From an uncultured Halobacteriales archaeon (GTDB lineage: Archaea > Halobacteriota > Halobacteria > Halobacteriales > Hikarchaeaceae), in NCBI GenBank assembly GCA_964628745.1, contig CAZVOR010000002.1, forward strand, positions 1 to 48,284: a stretch of 48,284 nucleotides of DNA. The letters run 5' to 3'. The notes below the pieces were generated by a model. The model saw nothing but the letters and a program-made list of their open reading frames with translations, was not told the DNA's origin and searched no databases. Made by a program: the position numbers and the translations under genes. Below, piece after piece: positions 34,542 to 41,346 of this stretch; the first letter of the stretch is position 1, and each line of letters opens with the position of its first letter.

Positions 34542-34673
34542 CCGGCGACTCCAGTCACACCGCCCGGTAGCGGGGGGACGGACGAATAGCTATCGCCACG
34601 CGTGGGCGACGCGACCCGCCGGCCGGTGGCTCCGCGGGGCGGGCGTCCGCGCGGCCTTCCCCGGGCGGGGAGC

Positions 34674-34678
34674 TTATT
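34674..34678 (+). promoter_or_regulatory. TATA-like box (GCTTATTGC)
   Basis: It lies 27-31 nt upstream of ATG 34705. Confidence 0.4.
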
Positions 34679-34704
34679 GCCGCCGTCGACCAACCTCGAC
34701 CAGG

Positions 34705-35118
34705 ATGGGCAGCGCCCTGGCGGTCTATCGGGCCCTCAAACAACTCCTCGTGAAGCTCGTCGAGCCGCTGCGCGCCGACGAGTCGATCACGCACTTCACG
34801 CTCGCCATCCCCGAGGCGCAGACGACAACCGTCGACAGCGTGCAGGGCTGGCAGCGCCGCCCCCCGGCCGTGCTCCGGTGTGCTGGCTGCGGGACCGAGG
34901 TCTCCCAGCGCCGCGCGACGAGCGCCATCGACTGTACGAACTGCTACCGGACGTTCCCGGCCGACGAGTTCGCCGACCTCGAGCTCCTCGCGATGGTCTG
35001 CCCGCGCTGCGACGCGGAGATGGACCACGGGATCCGGCACCCGATGCTGTTCGACCACCCGGAGTGGGCGACCTGTCCGGACTGCCAGTACCACTGGGAC
35101 CTCGACCACTGGTTCTGA
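34705..35118 (+). CDS. Hypothetical protein with four CxxC pairs (double zinc ribbon)
   Basis: 137 aa. The Cys pairs are CAGC...CTNC and CPRC...CPDC. The composition is acidic. A TATA box lies upstream at a leaderless distance. Confidence 0.65.
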   Translation: MGSALAVYRALKQLLVKLVEPLRADESITHFTLAIPEAQTTTVDSVQGWQRRPPAVLRCAGCGTEVSQRRATSAIDCTNCYRTFPADEFADLELLAMVCPRCDAEMDHGIRHPMLFDHPEWATCPDCQYHWDLDHWF

Positions 35119-35209
35119 CCCGCCGGGGGCCCTGGCTCCGACCGGCCGGGGGACCAACGTATAAGCTCGCGCAGGACGAACGCCGGGACCGTCCCGTGGT
35201 GACCTAACC

Positions 35210-35359
35210 GTGATCGACCGCTCGAGGGTGCTGGCCGGGCTCGCCGTCGGACTGGTGGTCGTCGCGCTCCTGGCGGTCGTCGGCGGGGAGCCCATGCTGG
35301 CGGGCCTTTGCTTCATCGGCGTGGCCTTCACCATCTTCCTCCGGGAGACGCGGACGTGA
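35210..35359 (+). CDS. Possible 49-aa two-TM micro-protein (not in the ORF track)
   Basis: The ORF runs from GTG 35210 to TGA 35357-35359: VIDRSRVLAGLAVGLVVVALLAVVGGEPMLAGLCFIGVAFTIFLRETRT. About 90% of third positions are G/C, as in real genes. A GTATAAG box at 35159-35165 lies about 45 nt upstream. Confidence 0.4.
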   Translation: MIDRSRVLAGLAVGLVVVALLAVVGGEPMLAGLCFIGVAFTIFLRETRT

Positions 35360-35455
35360 CCGTCCCGCGTTCCGGTTCGACAGCACGCGGTCGAGCCCGT
35401 GCGCATCCACCGGCCGAACTGGCACGACCGCCGACGCCGTAGCCGGGCGGTCGCG

Positions 35456-35890
35456 CTACCCGTCGTCGCCGCGACCGAGCACCGTGACCGGGACGGCCGC
35501 CGTGCGGACGACCCGCTCGGCGGTGCTTCCCAGCAGGCCGCCGAGCTTGCCGCGGTAGCCGGCCCCCATCACGATGGCGTCGATGCCCTCCTCCTCGACG
35601 TAGTCGTTGATCCGTTCGTAGACGGCTGGGCCGACCGTCGTCGCGGTGACGCACTCGACGCCGGCCGCCTCGGCCAGCTCCGCCACCTCGGCGGTGACGC
35701 CCGCCCCGTACTCCCGGGCCCGGTCGAGCTGGTCGTCCATCGATTCGGTCATCCAGGGGTTACCCCCCTCCTCGACGACGTACAGTGCGTGGACCGTCGC
35801 GCCCAAGGCGGCCGCGAGGTCGACGCCGTGACGGGCGCCCCGCTCGGCGTCGACGCTCCCGTCCGTGGGAACGAGGATTCGCTCGTACAT
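35456..35890 (-). CDS. Universal stress protein (UspA family)
   Basis: The opening is MYERILVPTDGS. The ATP-binding motif is IVMGAGYRGKLGGLLGSTAERVVRTAAVPVTVL (G-2x-G-9x-G(S/T)). Confidence 0.9.
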   Translation of the reverse strand: MYERILVPTDGSVDAERGARHGVDLAAALGATVHALYVVEEGGNPWMTESMDDQLDRAREYGAGVTAEVAELAEAAGVECVTATTVGPAVYERINDYVEEEGIDAIVMGAGYRGKLGGLLGSTAERVVRTAAVPVTVLGRGDDG

Positions 35891-35903
35891 TCCGGTCGAA
35901 ACG

Positions 35904-35917
35904 ACGTTCCGAACCGT
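35904..35917. promoter_or_regulatory. Imperfect inverted repeat ACGTTCC-GAACCGT between the usp TATA box and start codon, a candidate operator
   Basis: Read directly from the sequence. The half-sites ACGTTC and GAACCGT sit immediately downstream (in the gene's orientation) of the TATA box at 35919-35925. This is the position where repressors typically bind. Confidence 0.3.
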
Positions 35918-35918
35918 G

Positions 35919-35925
35919 ATAAATT
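35919..35925 (-). promoter_or_regulatory. TATA box (minus strand AATTTATC) for usp
   Basis: It is centred about 32 nt upstream of ATG 35890. Confidence 0.45.
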
Positions 35926-35969
35926 GGCGACACGGTTTCCGGCCGGCGGAAGCGCCCGACGGACGGCGG

Positions 35970-37829
35970 TCACTCGTTTCCGGGCGGTTCGACGTCGAAG
36001 TGCGCGCCCGCGGCGGGCAACCGGTCGGACGCCCGGCGGAGCAGCGACGCGTGCCCGCCCTCGTGGCGACGGAACGTGAGCGTCAGGCCCCCGAGCGCCA
36101 CCAGCGACAGGACGGCGAACGGGCCGCCGGTGAGCACCGCGAGCGCCTGCAGGGTCGCGCCGCCGCCGACCAGCAGCACCGCCACGGCGACGGCGCCCTG
36201 GAAGACGCCCCAGAAGGCGATGCTGGCGGAGGTGGGCGCGCGGCCCCGTTCCGTCGCGAGGATGGAGACGACGAGCGTCGAGGTGTCGGCCGACGTCGTG
36301 ATGAACACGACGATGAGGGCCAGGAACAGGAAGACGAGCAGGTCGCTGAGCGGCAGTGCGGCGAAGAGGGGGAAGCCGGAGACCGCCTCCGAACCGCCGT
36401 GCTCGGCGATGGCGCCGAGGATGTCGGCGCCGCCCGCGTGCTGCAGCGACAGCGACGTCCCCCCGAGCAGGAGGAACCAGACCATGGTGGCCGCCGAGGT
36501 GGCGACGACGCCCGTGAACACCACGGTCCGGACCCGCCGGCCCCGCGAGAGCGCGGCCAGGAACAGGCCGGCGAAGGGGGCCCACGAGAACCACCACGAC
36601 CAGTTCCAGACCGTCCAGTCGGCGACCCAGGCCGGCCCCACGTACAGGCTCATCGGCACGAAGTGCAGGGCGTAGCTGCCGAGGGCCGCCGCCCCGCGGT
36701 CGACCACGAACGAGAGCGGGCCGACGGCGGCCAGGATGACCGCGAACAGCCCGAAGAGGACGACGTTGAGCCCGGCGATGCGCCGGATGCCGCGGTGGAT
36801 GCCCGTCGTGGCGGAGAGGATGTAGATGAGGGTCAGCCCGCCGACGAACACCACCGGGCCGACCCCGCCCGCGGTCACGCCCCACTGGTAGCCGATGCCG
36901 GTGAGGAACTGCTGGCTGACGAGCGCGACCGAGGTGGCGATGCCGCCGATGGTGGCGAAGACGGCCAGCGTGTCGACGAGCTTCCCCCAGGCGGAATCGA
37001 GACCGTCGACGCCGAGGAAGGGCGTCAGGATGGTCGAGACCCGCAGGGGTGCGCCGCGCTGGTAGACGAAGTAGGCGATGGGGACGGCGATGACGGTGTA
37101 GGCGCTCCAGGCCGAGACGCCCCAGTGGAACAGCGCGTAGGTCAGCGCGCCCAGGAAGGCGCCCCCGGTCCGGGCCTCGGCGCCGAAGTACGGCGGCGGG
37201 GTCTGGTAGTGATAGAGCGCCTCGGCCGGGCCCCAGAAGACGATGCCGGCCGCGATGCCCGCGGTGAACACCAGCGAGAAGTACGTCGGGTAGGTGTAGC
37301 CCGGCTCGGCGTCCGGGCCGCCGAGCTTTACCGCCCCCCACGGCCCGAGCAGGAGGAACAGACAGTAGCAAACGGCGAGGAACATCGCCCCGAGGAAGAG
37401 CCAGCCGACGTCGTACAGCAGGACGTCCCGGACGGCGTTGACCGCCCCGACCGTGGTCGCGGGCGCCACCAGCTGCAGTCCGAAGAACAGTCCGAACACC
37501 GCCACGGGCACCCCGAAGGTGACCGCGTCCTGACGGTCGAGGAACTGTCCGAGGGCACCCCGCCAGGTGAGCCGTCGGATCCGGAGCAGGTACTCGGCCC
37601 CGGAGGGCGAGTCGCCGTCGTCGTCCCCGGCGGGCAGCACCGAGAGGTAGCCCAGGCCCGACCCGAAGAACAGCAGGGCGACGACCAGCCAGGTCTCGCC
37701 GCCGACCACCGAGCCGACGGCCGACGGGAAGAAGAAGCCCGACAAGACGACGGCCCCCGAGGCCATGCCGAGCGGCACCAGCGCCCGCTGGAGGAACCGC
37801 TCGATGGCGGTGGTGCCCTCGACGCCCAT
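35970..37829 (-). CDS. BCCT-family transporter, a divergent paralogue with an extra N-terminal two-TM extension
   Basis: 619 aa. The BCCT core segments are VKLGGPDAEPGYTYPTYFSLVFTAGIAAGIVFWGPAEALYHY and a degenerate Trp box WTVWNWSWWFSWAPFAGLFLAALSRGRRVRT. About 100 N-terminal residues, with 2 TM helices and a DDDGD loop, precede the core. Confidence 0.9.
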   Translation of the reverse strand: MGVEGTTAIERFLQRALVPLGMASGAVVLSGFFFPSAVGSVVGGETWLVVALLFFGSGLGYLSVLPAGDDDGDSPSGAEYLLRIRRLTWRGALGQFLDRQDAVTFGVPVAVFGLFFGLQLVAPATTVGAVNAVRDVLLYDVGWLFLGAMFLAVCYCLFLLLGPWGAVKLGGPDAEPGYTYPTYFSLVFTAGIAAGIVFWGPAEALYHYQTPPPYFGAEARTGGAFLGALTYALFHWGVSAWSAYTVIAVPIAYFVYQRGAPLRVSTILTPFLGVDGLDSAWGKLVDTLAVFATIGGIATSVALVSQQFLTGIGYQWGVTAGGVGPVVFVGGLTLIYILSATTGIHRGIRRIAGLNVVLFGLFAVILAAVGPLSFVVDRGAAALGSYALHFVPMSLYVGPAWVADWTVWNWSWWFSWAPFAGLFLAALSRGRRVRTVVFTGVVATSAATMVWFLLLGGTSLSLQHAGGADILGAIAEHGGSEAVSGFPLFAALPLSDLLVFLFLALIVVFITTSADTSTLVVSILATERGRAPTSASIAFWGVFQGAVAVAVLLVGGGATLQALAVLTGGPFAVLSLVALGGLTLTFRRHEGGHASLLRRASDRLPAAGAHFDVEPPGNE

Positions 37830-37853
37830 GGCCCGTGTCAGAGCGGCGAAACG

Positions 37854-37858
37854 TATAG
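37854..37858 (-). promoter_or_regulatory. TATA-like box (minus strand GGCTATACGTTTC) for BCCT paralogue 2
   Basis: It lies 25-29 nt upstream of ATG 37829. Confidence 0.4.
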
Positions 37859-37933
37859 CCCTACCGCCGGCCTGCCGGCCGGCTCGCCGGGCGGCGGACA
37901 GGCGAGCGGTCGGGGCCGACCCCGTCGGCCTCA

Positions 37934-38008
37934 GTCGGCGCCGCCCGCCTCGGCCCCGGTCGGCGCCGCTGGCATCAGCCTCGGTCGGCGCCGCCCGCGT
38001 CGGCGTCG
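37934..38008. repeat. Imperfect 25-bp x3 tandem repeat (core GTCGGCGCCGC) spanning the stop codon of the K+ channel gene
   Basis: The units start at 37934, 37959 and 37984. The channel stop (TCA on the plus strand, 37975-37977) lies in the middle unit. On the coding strand the units encode ..GGAD.. tails. Confidence 0.6.
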
Positions 38009-39300
38009 CCCTCGTGCCGGACCGGGACCTGGTCGTCGGGGTCGGCGTCGTCGACGAGGGGGGCCGCCTCCTCGAGCAGCGACTCGGCGGTGGCCTCCTC
38101 GAGGACGGACCGTCCGAGCAGCCGGCCGGCGATGGCCATCGGGCTGACGACCTGGTCGGCGCCGACCCGCTCGAGCTTGCCGACGTGCTTGGGGTGGTTC
38201 GCCGCCGCGACGACGTGGACGGCGGGGTTCGCCTCCCGGGCCGCGAGGACCGCCAGCACGTCCCGGGCGTCGTCCCGGGTGGCGACGACGACCCCGCGAG
38301 CGGCGTCGATGCGCGCGTCGAGCAGCGCCCGCTCGTCGGTCGGGTCGTCCGTCAGGACGTTGACCTCGTCGTCCGAGAGCCGCGAGGCGACCTCGGAGTC
38401 GGGGGTCACCACGACCACGTCGACCTCCTCGGCCAGTTCTTCGAGCAGCGATTCCGTGATGTCGCCGTAGCCGAGGACGAGCACGTGGTCCTCGAGCAGT
38501 TTGAGTTCCGATGCGGTCATGTTTCCGAACGCGGCCGCCATCCGCGACTCTATCGCCGGGACGACCAGCGCGCCGATGGCGGCCGTGAACGCGCCGGTCC
38601 CGAGGAGGATGACCGAGAGCGAGAACCACCTCGCCTCCGGGGACAGGGGCGTGATGTCGCCGTAGCCGACCGTCGCGATGGTGACGACGACGTAGTACAC
38701 CGCGTCGCTCAGCGAGCCGACTCCGGCGAACTCCTCCTGGAGGGCGTAGGTTCCGACCGCGCCGTAGGCGACCACCCCGACGATGGAGAGCATCGACGCG
38801 ACCTGCAGCGGCGACAGGCCGAGCGACTGGTCGAACCGGTCGCGGTTCCACGCGAGCAGCGGCAGGGTGACGAGGACCAGCAACAGCAGCGGGACGTCGG
38901 TCGTCTGGAACGTCGTCAGGGGAAGCAAGGCCAGAAGCGGCAGGACCGCGACGGCCCCGTACCAGGCGATTCGCTTGCGCCGCTGCAGGAGCACGGTGAG
39001 GATGCCGAGCACGAAGGCGAACAGGACGCCGGCGAACCGGGCGTAGGTCTCGGCGGCCGGCAGCACGCCGGCCATCGGCCCGTCGAGGGGCGGCGTCTGG
39101 CCGAGGTTCGACAGCCCGGCGACGAACGACAGGACGGTGACCACGCCGGTCAGGAGGACCGTCGGCTTCGCCCCCGAGAACTGCCGCCAGTAGACGAGCC
39201 GGACGTTGTCGGTGTGGTAGAACAGCTGCTCGAGCGCCGACTGCTGCGGCGCGTCCGACGCGTCACCCGACACGGTCGGTGCTCGGTGGCGGCTCGGCAT
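37975..39300 (-). CDS. Potassium channel with a C-terminal RCK/TrkA-N domain
   Basis: Only the C-terminal 441 aa of track ORF 37975..40437 are credible, starting at ATG 39300 (MPSRHRAPTV...). The selectivity filter is TIATVGYGDITP. The Rossmann-type segment HVLVLGYGDITESL is followed by an acidic RCK domain. Confidence 0.88.
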   Translation of the reverse strand: MPSRHRAPTVSGDASDAPQQSALEQLFYHTDNVRLVYWRQFSGAKPTVLLTGVVTVLSFVAGLSNLGQTPPLDGPMAGVLPAAETYARFAGVLFAFVLGILTVLLQRRKRIAWYGAVAVLPLLALLPLTTFQTTDVPLLLLVLVTLPLLAWNRDRFDQSLGLSPLQVASMLSIVGVVAYGAVGTYALQEEFAGVGSLSDAVYYVVVTIATVGYGDITPLSPEARWFSLSVILLGTGAFTAAIGALVVPAIESRMAAAFGNMTASELKLLEDHVLVLGYGDITESLLEELAEEVDVVVVTPDSEVASRLSDDEVNVLTDDPTDERALLDARIDAARGVVVATRDDARDVLAVLAAREANPAVHVVAAANHPKHVGKLERVGADQVVSPMAIAGRLLGRSVLEEATAESLLEEAAPLVDDADPDDQVPVRHEGDADAGGADRG

Positions 39301-39371
39301 AAAGCTGTGCGGCGGGGCGCGACGCGGCCGACTCGAGGCCCCGGCCGCGGAGCGCCCCTCGGCGGTCGGCG

Positions 39372-41084
39372 CTAGAACAGCCCGGTGACGGTGCCGTCCT
39401 CGTCGACGTCCATCCCGGCCGCGGCGGGCTCCGCGGGGAGGCCGGGCAGCGTCAGCACGTCGCCGGTGAGGACGACGAGGAAGCCGGCGCCCGCGGAGGG
39501 GTAGACCTCCTTGACCTCCAGGGTCCAGCCCTCGGGAACGCCCTTCAGGCTCGGGTCGTCGCTGAGCGAGTGGAACGTCTTCGACATGCAGATCGGGACC
39601 TCGTCGAGGCCGAGCCCGGTGAGCCGCTGGATGTCGTCCTCGGCGTCGCCGTGGTACTCGACGCCGTCGGCGCCGTAGATCTCGGTCGCGACGGTCTCGA
39701 TCTTCGACTCGATGGGGGCGTCCACGGCGTAGAGCGGCGCGAACGTGCTCTCCGACTCGGCGGCCTCGGTGAGCCGCTCCGCGAGGTCGACGCCACCCTC
39801 GCCGCCGTCGCTGAAGACGTTCGACTCGGCGGCCCGGACGCCGAGCTCCTCCTCGCAGTGCTCGATCACCGCGGCGATCTCCGCGTCGGTGTCGCCGGGG
39901 AAGCGGTTGACGGCGACGACGACCGGGACCCCGAACTTGGCGAGGTTCTCGGCGTGCTTCTCGAGGTTCGGCAGGCCCGCGCGGACGGCCTCGACGTCCT
40001 CCGCCTCGAGCGCGTCGAGGTCCGGCGGCCACATGTCCTGGCCGTGGTACTTGAGCGCCCGTACCGACGCGACGAGCGCGACCGCGTCGGGTTCCATCCC
40101 CCCGAACCGGCAGACGATGTTCATGAACTTCTCGGCGCCGAGGTCCGAGCCGAAGCCGGCCTCGGTGACGACGTAGTCGGCGAGGTGGGCGGCGACCCCG
40201 TCGGCCATCAGCGAGTTGGTGCCGTGGGCGATGTTGGCGAACGGGCCGCCGTGGACGAACGCGGGCGTGCCCTCGATGGTCTGGACGACGTTCGGCTTGA
40301 GCGCCTCCTTCAGCAGGATAGTGACGGCGCCAGTCGCCTGGATGTCGTCGGCCGTGACCGGCTCGCCGTCCTCGTCGTAGGCGACGATGATGCGGGAGAC
40401 GCGTTCCTTTAAGTCCGCGATGCTGTCGGCCAGACACAGCACCGCCATCAGCTCCGAGGCGGCCGTGAGGATGAAGCCGTCCTCGCGGGGCACGCCCGTT
40501 ATCTCGCCCCCCAGGCCGATGACCGTCTCCCGGAGCACGCGGTCGTTCATGTCGATCGCGCGGGGCCAGTTGACCCAGTTGACCGCGATGTCGAGGTCGT
40601 TGCCCTGCTTGATGTGGTTGTCCAGCATCGTCGAGACGAGGTTGTGCGCGGCGGTCAGCGCGTGGATGTCGCCCGTGAAGTGGAGGTTGATGTCCTCCAT
40701 CGGGAGCACCTGGGAGTAGCCGCCGCCGGCGGCGCCGCCCTTCACGCCGAAGACCGGGCCGAGCGAGGGCTCGCGGATGGCCACGAGCGCCCGCGTGCCG
40801 ATCTGGGCGAAGGCCTGGCCGAGCCCGACCGTCGTCACCGTCTTCCCCTCGCCCATCGGCGTCGGCGTCATCCCGGTGACGAGGACGAGCTTGCTGTCCG
40901 GCTCCCCGGCCGCGCGGATGCGCTCGATGGCGTCGAACGTCACCTTGGCCTTGTACTCCCCGAACTGCTCGAGGTCGTCCGCGGACAGGCCGTAGGGTTC
41001 GACCACGTCGACGATGGAGGCCTTCTCGGCGGCCCGGGCGATCTCGTAGTCGGTCGGCATCGAGGCCTCCTCGGAGGAGTTCAT
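39372..41084 (-). CDS. fhs: Formate--tetrahydrofolate ligase (10-formyl-THF synthetase)
   Basis: 570 aa. The motifs are VTGMTPTPMGEGKTVTTVGL, VHGGPFANIAHG and GFGSDLGAEKF. A TTCATAA box (minus strand, about 41110-41116) lies about 29 nt upstream of ATG 41084. ATG 41060 is an alternative start. Confidence 0.95.
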   Translation of the reverse strand: MNSSEEASMPTDYEIARAAEKASIVDVVEPYGLSADDLEQFGEYKAKVTFDAIERIRAAGEPDSKLVLVTGMTPTPMGEGKTVTTVGLGQAFAQIGTRALVAIREPSLGPVFGVKGGAAGGGYSQVLPMEDINLHFTGDIHALTAAHNLVSTMLDNHIKQGNDLDIAVNWVNWPRAIDMNDRVLRETVIGLGGEITGVPREDGFILTAASELMAVLCLADSIADLKERVSRIIVAYDEDGEPVTADDIQATGAVTILLKEALKPNVVQTIEGTPAFVHGGPFANIAHGTNSLMADGVAAHLADYVVTEAGFGSDLGAEKFMNIVCRFGGMEPDAVALVASVRALKYHGQDMWPPDLDALEAEDVEAVRAGLPNLEKHAENLAKFGVPVVVAVNRFPGDTDAEIAAVIEHCEEELGVRAAESNVFSDGGEGGVDLAERLTEAAESESTFAPLYAVDAPIESKIETVATEIYGADGVEYHGDAEDDIQRLTGLGLDEVPICMSKTFHSLSDDPSLKGVPEGWTLEVKEVYPSAGAGFLVVLTGDVLTLPGLPAEPAAAGMDVDEDGTVTGLF

Positions 41085-41236
41085 CTACGGGAGACGTTCT
41101 CGGCGGAGGTTATGAATCTTCACGTAACTGGGACGTTCCGGCGCGCCAGCGAGGACGATGCAGCGTCGGGGCGACGGCGGTTCCCCCGGTCGCGCGCGAC
41201 GCCGCGCACGTCCAGTAACCGTTCTGCCAGGAGGGG

Positions 41237-41247
41237 TATTTTAATAA
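41237..41247 (+). promoter_or_regulatory. TATA box (GGTATTTTAATAACC) in the fhs/DMGDH divergent region
   Basis: This is a strong AT-rich element. It is centred about 34 nt upstream of ATG 41276 (a 24-codon uORF) and about 105 nt upstream of the dehydrogenase ATG 41347. Confidence 0.45.
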
Positions 41248-41346
41248 CCGACGGGAGTCCTTCTAACGAACGTACATGAGAACCGCAGCGACGCGCGCGG
41301 CGTCGGCGACCGGTCGTCGGTCGGTCCTCGGCGGGAGCGGCGGGCG

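Noticed and set aside
39301-40437. The N-terminal 379 aa of track ORF 37975..40437.
   Set aside because: This part overlaps the formate-THF ligase gene (39372-41084) in another frame on the same strand and is Arg/Gly/Pro-rich. Only the part from ATG 39300 onward has channel features (TM helices, TVGYGD, RCK).
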